Made by a program: the position numbers and the translations under genes. Source: a candidate division WOR-3 bacterium (GTDB taxonomy: Bacteria; Hydrothermota; Hydrothermia; LBFQ01). From it: DNA of 29,170 bases. Positions within the stretch are counted from its first letter, which is position 1; each line of letters begins with the position of its first letter. The stretch is taken from the NCBI GenBank assembly GCA_027050205.1, contig JALUCS010000109.1, positions 1-29,170 of the forward strand. Direction: 5' to 3'. Below are positions 9,533 through 18,446 of the stretch, one piece after another. The notes beneath the pieces were generated by a model. It had not been told where the DNA came from. It was given only the letters and a program-made list of their open reading frames with translations, and searched no databases.

Positions 9533-9805
9533 ATGGGGACTCCAAGAATTCCCACGGTTCTCTTCGTAAAGTACCAAAATTGTGAAGGATGTAAGTCATT
9601 CATTGTGGTTTTATGGGGAGTAGAATCGGACGTAATATTAGGTCTGATGAGGGATTGTACCCGCTCCGTATGTAATCCATTCCAAGCAAACCCTACAAAA
9701 ATCCACCTTCCGTATTCTGATGGAGTATAATTGAAGAGTTCGGGTTCCACCTTTGGTACCTACGAGTACGAAATTGAGATAAGCCCGATATACCTTGTGA
9801 GGTAA
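9533..9805 (+). pseudogene. Possible decayed, divergent member of the cassette family
   Basis: The frame continues past one TAA (9728-9730) to ...YEIEISPIYLVR*, similar to FEVGPIYLQ* and LYVSPVFVVR*. It is followed directly by the cassette-type promoter. Confidence 0.4.
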
Positions 9806-9811
9806 ATATAC

Positions 9812-9840
9812 TTGTAAAATCTCTGCTTCCCCTTTAAAAT
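9812..9840 (+). promoter_or_regulatory. Sigma70-type promoter of cassette 1
   Basis: TTGTAA-17 nt-TAAAAT, 8 nt before ATG 9849, no SD. Confidence 0.75.
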
Positions 9841-9848
9841 ATGACCTT

Positions 9849-10484
9849 ATGCTTCTATATCTCCTATCACAACCAGTAGAGTTAGAAGGTGGCTGGTGGG
9901 CTGCTCTACCTCTGAAGAGGGACACCCTGATACTTCCCGATGACAGCGTACCCAATGAGGAGTATGCGAAGATCGTTATAAAGGCCTACCAGAGGTTCTA
10001 CTTCGCCTATCCCAAGCACAGGTCCTACTCCGGTGCTACACTCATAGCTGGCCAGAGATGGATAGAAAAGGACGACGTAGATATGAAGAGAAGGTACGAG
10101 GAGATGGGTTATAAGTTCGGATACGAGAACTCCTATAATGGCAAGTACTACGACCTCTACTACTATCCGATACCCAAGGTTGATAGCCTCATCGTCTATG
10201 TCAGAAGCAAGGAGAAGTACTGTAGCCTCATCATGAGTGCAGATATACGCATGGTTGATGACACCGGAGGGGTGATTGAGGGTCAGGGGTGGAAAGTCGT
10301 CAAAGTTGTAGTAAAAGAGCCGAATAGATGGCATAGAGGTACGATATACTTACCCGGCATTCTTGGACCCATCACATCCCTGTCGGTTGTTCATACCTAC
10401 GGCCTAAGGTTCTCCATCGGCCCCGACAAAGGCTCCATAGACTCCTGTGCCACGTTTGAAGTGGGGCCTATTTATCTGCAATGA
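9849..10484 (+). CDS. Tandem paralog 1, hypothetical exported protein
   Basis: 211 aa. Framework nearly identical to paralogs 2 and 3. Short hydrophobic N-terminus. Confidence 0.85.
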   Translation: MLLYLLSQPVELEGGWWAALPLKRDTLILPDDSVPNEEYAKIVIKAYQRFYFAYPKHRSYSGATLIAGQRWIEKDDVDMKRRYEEMGYKFGYENSYNGKYYDLYYYPIPKVDSLIVYVRSKEKYCSLIMSADIRMVDDTGGVIEGQGWKVVKVVVKEPNRWHRGTIYLPGILGPITSLSVVHTYGLRFSIGPDKGSIDSCATFEVGPIYLQ

Positions 10485-10497
10485 AAAACTCATTCAC

Positions 10498-10526
10498 TTG
10501 AAAAATTTTCCTTACAGCCTTAAAAT
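10498..10526 (+). promoter_or_regulatory. Sigma70-type promoter of cassette 2
   Basis: TTGAAA-17 nt-TAAAAT, 8 nt before ATG 10535. Confidence 0.8.
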
Positions 10527-10534
10527 ATGACCTT

Positions 10535-11170
10535 ATGCTTCTATATCTCCTATCACAACCAGTAGAGTTAGAAGGTGGATGGTGGGCTGCCCTGCCTCTA
10601 AAGAGGGACACCCTGATACTTCCCGATGACAGCGTACCCAAGGAGGATGCAAAAATAGTCATAAAGGCCTACCAGAGGTTCTGGTTCGCCTATCCCAAGC
10701 ACAGGTCCTACTCCGGTGCTACACTCATAGCTGGCCAGAGATGGATAGAAAAGGGCGATGTGGATATGAAGAGAAGGTACGAGGAGATGGGTTATAAGTT
10801 CGGATACGAGAACTCCTATAATGGCAAGTACTACGACCTCTACTACTATCCGATACCCAAGGTTGATAGCCTCATCGTCTATGTCAGAAGCAAGGAGAAG
10901 TACTGTAGCCTTGTGATGGGCATGGATATACGTATGGTTGATGACACCGGAGGGGTTATTGAAGGAGCGGGACATAAGGTTGTGAAAACCGTAATAAGGC
11001 ATTCCAATCAGTGGAAAAGGGCCTTTATATACCTCCCAGACGTACTCGTACCTGCCGATGAAATATACCTCCACGAAAGGGTTTATGGCCTAAGGTTCTC
11101 CATCGGCCCCGACAGAGGTTCCATAGACTCCTGTGCCTCGTTTGAAGTGGGGCCTATCTATCTGAAATGA
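10535..11170 (+). CDS. Tandem paralog 2, hypothetical exported protein
   Basis: 211 aa, same framework as paralog 1. Confidence 0.85.
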   Translation: MLLYLLSQPVELEGGWWAALPLKRDTLILPDDSVPKEDAKIVIKAYQRFWFAYPKHRSYSGATLIAGQRWIEKGDVDMKRRYEEMGYKFGYENSYNGKYYDLYYYPIPKVDSLIVYVRSKEKYCSLVMGMDIRMVDDTGGVIEGAGHKVVKTVIRHSNQWKRAFIYLPDVLVPADEIYLHERVYGLRFSIGPDRGSIDSCASFEVGPIYLK

Positions 11171-11185
11171 AAAAAATTCATCTGC

Positions 11186-11214
11186 TTGAAAAGTTTCCTT
11201 CGCACCCTTAGAAT
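11186..11214 (+). promoter_or_regulatory. Sigma70-type promoter of cassette 3
   Basis: TTGAAA-17 nt-TAGAAT, 8 nt before ATG 11223. Confidence 0.8.
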
Positions 11215-11222
11215 ATAACCTT

Positions 11223-11855
11223 ATGCTTCTATATCTCCTGTCGCAACCAGTTGAGTTAGAAGGTGGATGGTGGGCGCAGAGTCCCCTGAAGAGGGACACC
11301 CTGATACTGCCAGATGATAGCGTACCTCAGGAGAAAGACGCAAAAATAGTCATAAAGGCCTACCAGAGGTTCTATTTTTCCCGTCCGAAGCATAGATCCA
11401 TAGCAGGTGCTACGCTCATAGCCGGCCAGAGATGGATAGAAAAGGACGACGTAGATATGAAGAGGAGGTACGAGGAAATGGGTTATAAGTTCGGATATGA
11501 GAACTCCTATAACGGAAAGTACTACGACCTCTACTACTATCCGATACCCAAGGTTGATAGCCTCATCGTCTATGTCAGAAGCAAGGAGAAGTACTGTAGC
11601 CTCAAGATTGCAGGTATAACGATTCGTATGCTGAACGAGGAAGGGAAGGAAGTTGAAGCAGAGTCCTACGGCAACGTGAAAAAGGTCCTAACATCTCCAA
11701 ACCGATGGGATAGGATCGTGGTCTACTTTCCAAAGATCATGGGGCCCAACTCCAGTTTTCACGACTACTACGGTATAGAATTCGGTATCGGCCCCGATAG
11801 AGGTTCCATAGACTCCTGTGCCACGTTTGAAGTGGGGCCTATTTATCTGAAATGA
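11223..11855 (+). CDS. Tandem paralog 3, hypothetical exported protein
   Basis: 210 aa, with the most divergent variable segment. Confidence 0.85.
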   Translation: MLLYLLSQPVELEGGWWAQSPLKRDTLILPDDSVPQEKDAKIVIKAYQRFYFSRPKHRSIAGATLIAGQRWIEKDDVDMKRRYEEMGYKFGYENSYNGKYYDLYYYPIPKVDSLIVYVRSKEKYCSLKIAGITIRMLNEEGKEVEAESYGNVKKVLTSPNRWDRIVVYFPKIMGPNSSFHDYYGIEFGIGPDRGSIDSCATFEVGPIYLK

Positions 11856-11867
11856 GGAGGTGAAAGT

Positions 11868-13325
11868 ATGCTGGCACTCCTGATTTCCCTTGATCCTCCC
11901 TTCCTGAGCGAAGTTCAGATAGGAGAGTCAGGATATAGGAACGTAGAACCTCATGTGGCAGTTAACGGCAACAATGTAATGGTTGCCTGGATGAAGGCAG
12001 ATACCCGTGGTAATATAAAGGTCTATTATAGATACAGTAGCGATGGGGGGAGTACGTGGAGCGATGCTGATACGTTTCCTAAAAACTGTAATAGAACGGA
12101 TCCTTTTGTTCGTCCCGATCCTGATAATCCCAGCAGATTTTTTGTCGTCTATCTTGAGGCATGCCCACGATTACCACATGGCAGCAGATACTTTGTCCAT
12201 TTCTGTGAGGTGATAGGAGGGGTATTAGGTGATTGCGATACACTTACTGGCATGATCTATGGAGACACTGTAAGGGATACCATCCCCAAAGACTATCCCA
12301 GAATGGCCGTTGCACCCGGAGGAAAAATCGTCGTAAGCGTGGCTCATTTTTATAGAGACATAGGATATTATCAAATCGTAGTCTATCGCTCGTTGGACGG
12401 CGGAATAACGTGGGAGGGTCCTGTGGTTGTTGACTCCACGAGGGAGGCAATCGCCTCATATTTGGTTTACACCGGTGGCACGTTTTACCTCTCGTACGCA
12501 AGCACAAAGTACTTCCTTTCATCCCCTTCAAGGATAACCATCGGTCTGGCGAGGAGCGACGACTACGGCGCAACGTGGGACATAATAGACACAGCAGCGA
12601 TATGGTTTCTGGCGGATAGTGTTATAGGATGTGCTACAAGGAGCAGACTTATCTGGTGGAGAAATACCAAAACCATCCACACCATGATAGCAATAGGAGA
12701 CACGATAGCAATAGGATACACGAGGTTCAACGGGATGACAACGTGCAATGTGAGGATAGCCCACAACTACAACGGAGGTTATGGGAGTTGGACGGGTAGG
12801 TGGATAGACAGCACGTTAAACAGGGATCAGATACAGCCCACCCTGACCCGGAGTGATAGTGTGTGGTACGTAAGTTATCTTGAGAAGGTGGATACGACCT
12901 TATCGGACAGTGTCTGGAGGGTAATGTGGGGCAAGAGTGTTGATAGAGGGAACACGTGGGAGGTAGCTGGGCGTGTGTCCTCTGCGAATTTCAGGATGTA
13001 CGGGGACAAACTTGAGGGGGAGTATATGGGGTTTGAGTACGACAGCGACCGTCTCTTTGCCGTATGGGGCGGGGACAGGCGAGAGCCAGATCGTATGGTG
13101 TATTTCAGTGTTACCACCAAAGGTATGATAGGGGTTAGGGAGAGGAGGATGGAAAGTAAGGGGGTATTTACTGTACTAAAGGGCGGGCTTGAGATGAAGG
13201 TTAAGGGTGAGGTGTATTCCGTCAGCGGCAGACTCGTCTTCAGGGGCGAGGGCAGGGTATCTCTGCCCTCCGGTGTGTATTTCGTTAAGGTCAAGGATAA
13301 GGTGTTTAAGGTCGTTGTGCGGTAG
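11868..13325 (+). CDS. Secreted BNR/Asp-box (sialidase-like) beta-propeller with T9SS-like C-terminal domain
   Basis: Asp boxes SSDGGSTW, SLDGGITW, SDDYGATW and SVDRGNTW. Tail VYSVSGRL...LPSGVYFVK...KVVVR. SD GGAGGTG upstream. Confidence 0.85.
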   Translation: MLALLISLDPPFLSEVQIGESGYRNVEPHVAVNGNNVMVAWMKADTRGNIKVYYRYSSDGGSTWSDADTFPKNCNRTDPFVRPDPDNPSRFFVVYLEACPRLPHGSRYFVHFCEVIGGVLGDCDTLTGMIYGDTVRDTIPKDYPRMAVAPGGKIVVSVAHFYRDIGYYQIVVYRSLDGGITWEGPVVVDSTREAIASYLVYTGGTFYLSYASTKYFLSSPSRITIGLARSDDYGATWDIIDTAAIWFLADSVIGCATRSRLIWWRNTKTIHTMIAIGDTIAIGYTRFNGMTTCNVRIAHNYNGGYGSWTGRWIDSTLNRDQIQPTLTRSDSVWYVSYLEKVDTTLSDSVWRVMWGKSVDRGNTWEVAGRVSSANFRMYGDKLEGEYMGFEYDSDRLFAVWGGDRREPDRMVYFSVTTKGMIGVRERRMESKGVFTVLKGGLEMKVKGEVYSVSGRLVFRGEGRVSLPSGVYFVKVKDKVFKVVVR

Positions 13326-13331
13326 GCCGTC

Positions 13332-15923
13332 TCACCCCATCGCCTCCAGCTGCCTCTTTAGGGCCGTCATCTTTTCCTTCAGCTCCTCGTACTTCCTCCT
13401 CTCCGCCTCAACTATGTGGGCCGGCGCCTTCTTAACGAAGTCGGAGGACAGCTTCCGCTCTATCTTCCCTATGACCTTCTCAAGCTGGCCTATCTCCTTC
13501 TTCAGGCGGGAGACGACCTTATCCCGCTGCTCCCTGGAGAGTCCTATATAGACCTCAAGCCTGGAGGGAAGGCGGACCCATACGTCGGCCTCTCCCCTCT
13601 CGGCCCCGGCGAGGACCTCAAAGATGGGGTCGACCTCACCCCTGTAGGGCGCCCTCTTCAGGCCTATGGTGTCCCTTATCGCCCGGAACTCCCTGACGGC
13701 CTCTTTCAGGGCCTCGTACTCCCCGTACTCCTCCGGGAAGCTGTAGGGCACTTTCGGCCACTCCGTCCTCATCAGGGAAGGGGCCTTCTCCGGCAAAGGC
13801 ATGTTCTCGTAAGCGGCGTCGCTTATGAAGGGCATGAGGGGATGGACCATCTTCAGGGCGTTCAGCCAGACGTAGTAGGCGAGGTTTATGGCGTTCCTAT
13901 CTCCGGCCTTCAGGTCCGGCTTCAGGGACTCAAGGAACCAGTCGGTGAGGTTGCTCCATATGAGGTGGTAGATGAGGTGGGCGTACTCGTCAAAGCGGTA
14001 GTTTTCAAGGGCCTCGGTTATCCTCTCGGCGTAGAGCTTCAGGGTGTGCAGCGCCCACTTCTGGTAGAGCTTTTCGGGTTCAAACTTCAGGTCTATGCCA
14101 ACGCCCTCGCTGGAGAGGACGAGCAGGCGGGTGGCGTTCCATATCTTGTTGGCGAAGTTCCTCCCCACCTCAAGGGCCTTCTCGTCAAACCTTATGTCCC
14201 TGCCTTCGGGCGTGAGGCTCAAGACACCGTAGCGGAGGCCGTCGGCCCCGTAGTCTTCCAACAGCTCAAAGACCTCCCTGTAGTTCTTGAGGGTTTTGGA
14301 GAGTTTGCGTCCGTACTTGTCCCGTAGGAGGCCGTGTAGGTAGAGGACCTCAAAGGGGACCTTCCCGGTGAAGAAGAGGCCGGCCATGACCATACGGGCG
14401 TCCCAGAAGAATAGGATGTCCCAACCGGACTGGAGGAACTGGGTCGGGTAGAAGACCTTCAGGTCCTCGGTCTCCTTCGGCCATCCGAGGGTGGCGAAGG
14501 GCCACAGCCAGGAGGAGAACCACGTGTCCAATACGTCCTCGTCCTGTTCAAGGGGGACCTCCTTACCGTAGTACTCCCTCGCCTGCCTTCGGGCCTCCTC
14601 CTCGTCGTAGGCCACGAACTCCTTCCCATCGGGGCCGTACCATACCGGTATCCTGTGGCCCCACCATATCTGGCGGCTTATACACCAGTCCCGGACGTTG
14701 GTCAGCCAGTTCCTGTATATCTTACCGAACATCTCCGGGATGATCTTCAGCTCCCCCTCCTCCCACACCTTGAGGGCAGGCTCGGCGAGGGGCTTCATCC
14801 TGACGAACCACTGAAGGGAGGGGAGCGGTTCTATTACGGTGCCGCAGCGGTAGCACCTTCCGGGGGCGTAGGTGTGGTCCTCAACCTTCTCAAGGAGACC
14901 CTCTTCGGCGAAGGCCTTAACTATCTCCTCCCTCGCCTCAAAGCGATCCAGCCCCGCCCACCTGCCGGCGTTCTCGTTCATCCTGGCGTTGAAGTCTATG
15001 ACCTGGACTTTGGGGAGGTTGTGCCTCTCCCCTATCTCCCAGTCGTTGAAGTCGTGGGCGGGCGTGACCTTAACGGCCCCCGTGCCGAACTCCATATCTA
15101 CGACGGGGTCGGCTATTATGGGAATCTCCGGTGGAACGGGGTTTCCGTCTATGTCCTTCCTCTCACCGACGAAGGGGAGCCGCACCTTCTTACCTATGAG
15201 GTGCTTATACCTCTCGTCCTCTGGATTTACGGCGACGGCAGTATCCCCGAGGTAGGTCTCCGGTCGCGTCGTGGCGACGGTTATGTAGCCATCACCGTCT
15301 GCAAGGGGGTACCGCAGGTAGTATATCTTCCCCTGCTCCTCCTCCCTCTCAACCTCGTCGTCGGCGAGAGCGGTCCCGCACCTCGGACACCAGTTTATGA
15401 GCCTCTTACCCCTGTATATCAGGCCCGCCCTGTAAAGCTCCACAAAGGCCGTCTTTACGGCCAGACTGTAGTCCTCGTCAAGGGTGAAACGTACCCTGTC
15501 CCAGTCGGGGGAGACCCCCAGACGCTTCAGGGCCTGGAGTATCCTACCACCGTACTTCTCCTTCCACTCCCACACCCTCTTCAGGAACTCCTCCCTTCCG
15601 AGGTCAAAACGGCTCTTACCCTCCTTCGCCAGTTCCCTCTCAACCACGTTCTGGGTGGCTATTCCGGCGTGGTCCGTTCCGGGCTGCCAGAGTACGTAGA
15701 AGCCTGCCATTCTCTTGTAGCGGGCGACGACGTCCTGAATGGTGTTGTCCAATACGTGGCCAAGGTGGATGTCGCCGGTGACGTTGGGCGGTGGCATCAT
15801 TATGGTGAAGGTGGGCTTACCGGACCTTTTGGCCTCCTCGGCTGTGGCACGGAATAGTCTGTGCTTGAGCCACTTCTCGTAGAGTTTCCTCTCCCACTCG
15901 CGGTAGTTGTAGGTTTTGTCCAT
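13332..15923 (-). CDS. valS: Valyl-tRNA synthetase
   Basis: [53 protein letters not shown] and a C-terminal coiled coil. Start placed at ATG 15923 because TAAAAT lies 7 nt upstream and the duplicated copy starts at the same codon. Confidence 0.98.
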   Translation of the reverse strand: MDKTYNYREWERKLYEKWLKHRLFRATAEEAKRSGKPTFTIMMPPPNVTGDIHLGHVLDNTIQDVVARYKRMAGFYVLWQPGTDHAGIATQNVVERELAKEGKSRFDLGREEFLKRVWEWKEKYGGRILQALKRLGVSPDWDRVRFTLDEDYSLAVKTAFVELYRAGLIYRGKRLINWCPRCGTALADDEVEREEEQGKIYYLRYPLADGDGYITVATTRPETYLGDTAVAVNPEDERYKHLIGKKVRLPFVGERKDIDGNPVPPEIPIIADPVVDMEFGTGAVKVTPAHDFNDWEIGERHNLPKVQVIDFNARMNENAGRWAGLDRFEAREEIVKAFAEEGLLEKVEDHTYAPGRCYRCGTVIEPLPSLQWFVRMKPLAEPALKVWEEGELKIIPEMFGKIYRNWLTNVRDWCISRQIWWGHRIPVWYGPDGKEFVAYDEEEARRQAREYYGKEVPLEQDEDVLDTWFSSWLWPFATLGWPKETEDLKVFYPTQFLQSGWDILFFWDARMVMAGLFFTGKVPFEVLYLHGLLRDKYGRKLSKTLKNYREVFELLEDYGADGLRYGVLSLTPEGRDIRFDEKALEVGRNFANKIWNATRLLVLSSEGVGIDLKFEPEKLYQKWALHTLKLYAERITEALENYRFDEYAHLIYHLIWSNLTDWFLESLKPDLKAGDRNAINLAYYVWLNALKMVHPLMPFISDAAYENMPLPEKAPSLMRTEWPKVPYSFPEEYGEYEALKEAVREFRAIRDTIGLKRAPYRGEVDPIFEVLAGAERGEADVWVRLPSRLEVYIGLSREQRDKVVSRLKKEIGQLEKVIGKIERKLSSDFVKKAPAHIVEAERRKYEELKEKMTALKRQLEAMG

Positions 15924-15926
15924 GGC
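15673..15926. repeat. Direct repeat copy A (valS 5' end)
   Basis: Colinear with 18196-18449 (offset 2523, no indels), about 12 mismatches in ~254 bp by manual count. Confidence 0.95.
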
Positions 15927-15956
15927 GTGGATTTTAAGCACGAAAGGGGAGGGGTG

Positions 15957-17048
15957 TTATAGTATCCTGAAGACCTCCCCGTCAAGATTCATCTCATAGA
16001 TTTCGGGAGAGTTAGAAACACTGCTTAAAGATTTTACTTCATTAACGACGGAAGTTGGAATTTCTCTCCTGTGCTTTGCAAGGTAAAAGAGAACAGGTTT
16101 AATGTTATATTTGCTACTTTCGGGAATATGGCCACCTATATCACCCCTTGCCCAATTTACGTAATATTCTAACTGTTTGGGTGCAAGATTGATTCCCAAT
16201 TTTGATTTTGGATGCTTTAATTCAATTATCCTATATAAATATTCAGTTTCGTCTAATCTTTCTATTGTCATAATATCAATCTTTTGCATTCCCGATCCGG
16301 CGAAAACTTCATTACCTATCCACACTATATTTTTGCCAAAAATCTGTGGATAAAAATCGTTATTTCCGATTTTTATGTTTTGTAATATGTAAGCTTGTAA
16401 ATAGGATTCTCCTCTTTTAATATCTTTCAATTCCAATCTCACAGGATTCCCTATATTATGCATTTTAGCTCTATTACTTGAGATTATTTCAAAACTGCCT
16501 TTATCAAATGTAAAACAGCAACTCCTGATATTACCCCATTTATTTTCTTCTCGTATTAAGGAAATTAATCTTCTAGTTTCCCAGGGAAACAGCATTGTGT
16601 TTCCTCGCTTACCTTTCATTTTTCTGTAAATTAGCATCCAAATCACTTCCTTGGAGTAGGTAGGGAGCTTATCCAAAGCCACCCATTCCAGTACCCCCTT
16701 TGGATAAACCTTATAAGGTCTTATTTTCTTCCTGTAGATCAATTTCAAAGGCTCGTACTTTTTTGTCCTTTCACTATAATACCACGGTAGATTGGGTTCA
16801 TTAGCATTACTTCCCTTTAAATGATAAACGGTATTATCTATCGCTTTAAAGATGCCAAGAAATCTTCCCTTTTTCTCCGTCGTTCCTTCAATATAAAAGA
16901 AAATAAAATCACCTTCCTTTACTCTTAGCATATCGGCCAAAAGCCCTATATGGCTGTCTTTACCTCCAGCACCCACACCCACGAACTGGTACTCCAAATG
17001 GATGGGTAAAGTATCCTCATTAACAACGAAGACGTGTCCTCTCATCAT
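15957..17048 (-). CDS. Putative restriction endonuclease: EVE/PUA-like N-terminal domain plus PD-(D/E)XK (NucS/Mrr-like) nuclease
   Basis: N-terminal RVKEGDFIFFY...FLGIFKA. C-terminal ESYLQ...NEV...KIDIM...IIELK...QLEYY. AT-rich, and its start overlaps the MTase stop. Confidence 0.65.
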   Translation of the reverse strand: MMRGHVFVVNEDTLPIHLEYQFVGVGAGGKDSHIGLLADMLRVKEGDFIFFYIEGTTEKKGRFLGIFKAIDNTVYHLKGSNANEPNLPWYYSERTKKYEPLKLIYRKKIRPYKVYPKGVLEWVALDKLPTYSKEVIWMLIYRKMKGKRGNTMLFPWETRRLISLIREENKWGNIRSCCFTFDKGSFEIISSNRAKMHNIGNPVRLELKDIKRGESYLQAYILQNIKIGNNDFYPQIFGKNIVWIGNEVFAGSGMQKIDIMTIERLDETEYLYRIIELKHPKSKLGINLAPKQLEYYVNWARGDIGGHIPESSKYNIKPVLFYLAKHRREIPTSVVNEVKSLSSVSNSPEIYEMNLDGEVFRIL

Positions 17049-18148
17049 CTTGCTTTCCCCTTCTTTTTGCGAAATATCAATATATATTCGTGCTTAAATA
17101 CATAAAATCCACCTCTTAATGCCCTATATCTCCAAAGATTCTTTTGATTCCTTTTAGCCCTCGTTTCCTCATAGTTTTTCACAACTATGCTTTTCAGAAT
17201 AAACATTTCTCTTTTCATCACTTCGTTCATCACATAAAACCCTAGGGGTATCCACTCCCCTTTGCTGTACTTATCTCCTATAACTATAGCCAAATACCTC
17301 CCATCCTCAAGAACAGGGGATACGTTATCTAGGACCCTCCCGAACATCGTAAGGAACTCCTCAACACTTGAGGCGTTGGATAGGTCCCTCGGATCATCGC
17401 TGAACTTTATGATGTCATGGTACGGAGGGTGCATTATGATAAGTTGAACTTTGTCAATACCCTTTTTTCTTAAGATTTTCTTAAAATTAATTTCTGCACT
17501 ATCTCCAACGACAATATCCGTTTTTACGTTGAATCTGTTAAACTCCTTTTCAACCAACCTCCTCGCCTTTTCGGCAACCTCCGGGTTCAACTCAACGCCG
17601 ATACCGTTCCTTCCCAATCGCCGACACTCTATTAAGGTCGTACCGCTCCCTACAAAGGGATCCAGTACCCAATCGCCCCTTTTGGTAAATCGCAACATCA
17701 GCTGTCTGGGGATTTGGGGGATAAAGTTTCCCCAGTACCATCCTATATGCGCCCCCGATGTGTCCCTCCTATCAAATATCCAGAGGCTATCCGTTATGAT
17801 TTCATCATATTCTTTCCACCTTTTGAGATTTATATCATTTATACCATTTGTCTTAATCTCGGTATCAGATAAATAATTTTTTAATTTTCCTAATTGACGT
17901 TTTGCCTCGTCTAACGACTTTGCGTTTTCTACTCGCTCTAAAGTCCGTATTACATATTCAACCCTAACTTCAAGGTTCCCCCCAAGGTATTTTTTGAGTT
18001 CTTCTTTTATCCTACCTACCTTCAACTTTAAATTCTCAATATTCCTAATATTTAATAATTCATCCAAATCTCGTTTTATTTTGATAAACTCATCATCTGT
18101 AATAAGTTCATTAACACTGAAAAGATCGCCTATCCTTCCTCTCCGCAT
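17045..18148 (-). CDS. Amino (N4/N6) DNA methyltransferase with HPPY catalytic motif
   Basis: GNFIPQIP, VLDPFVGSGTT (motif I), then IMHPPY (motif IV) and HEYILIFRK. About 100-aa helical N-terminal extension. AT-rich. Confidence 0.85.
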   Translation of the reverse strand: MRRGRIGDLFSVNELITDDEFIKIKRDLDELLNIRNIENLKLKVGRIKEELKKYLGGNLEVRVEYVIRTLERVENAKSLDEAKRQLGKLKNYLSDTEIKTNGINDINLKRWKEYDEIITDSLWIFDRRDTSGAHIGWYWGNFIPQIPRQLMLRFTKRGDWVLDPFVGSGTTLIECRRLGRNGIGVELNPEVAEKARRLVEKEFNRFNVKTDIVVGDSAEINFKKILRKKGIDKVQLIIMHPPYHDIIKFSDDPRDLSNASSVEEFLTMFGRVLDNVSPVLEDGRYLAIVIGDKYSKGEWIPLGFYVMNEVMKREMFILKSIVVKNYEETRAKRNQKNLWRYRALRGGFYVFKHEYILIFRKKKGKAR

Positions 18149-18195
18149 TTCAAGATGTTATTTTATATTTGAAAGGCCGGCAGGTGATAGATTGA

Positions 18196-18446
18196 TCCGT
18201 TCCGGGCTGCCAGAGTACGTAAAAGCCTGCCATCCTCTTGTAGCGGGCGACGACGTCCTGAATGGTGTTGTCCAATACGTGGCCAAGGTGGATGTCGCCG
18301 GTGACGTTGGGCGGTGGCATCATTATGGTGAAGGTGGGCTTACCGGACCTTCTGGCCTTCTCGGCTGCTGTATGGAATAGCCTGTGCTTGAGCCACTTCT
18401 CGTAGAGTTTCCTCTCCCACTCCCGGTAGTTGTAGGTTCTGCCCAT
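18196..18446 (-). pseudogene. valS: Truncated valS 5' fragment (direct repeat copy B)
   Basis: Encodes the first ~83 aa of ValS through WQPGTD, then runs into unrelated sequence. The upstream -10 box is altered. Confidence 0.92.

Larger units (their letters stand above)
9812..11855 (+). repeat. Three tandem ~687-bp promoter-plus-gene units
   Basis: Start codons at 9849, 10535 and 11223 (periods 686 and 688). Long identical blocks, for example ~10080-10228 equals ~10763-10911. Confidence 0.95.

Noticed and set aside
9849..11855. Diversity-generating retroelement (VR/TR) explanation of the variable cassettes
   Set aside because: Differences are not adenine-restricted, include C/T and G/T synonymous changes and indels, and no reverse transcriptase is in the window.
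9812..11855. CRISPR array
   Set aside because: The repeat units are ~687-bp coding genes. No short repeat-spacer pattern or cas gene was seen anywhere in the window.
15924..15960. T-box riboswitch ahead of valS or tyrS
   Set aside because: There is no room. Both genes have a -10 box 7 nt from the start and very short intergenic gaps.
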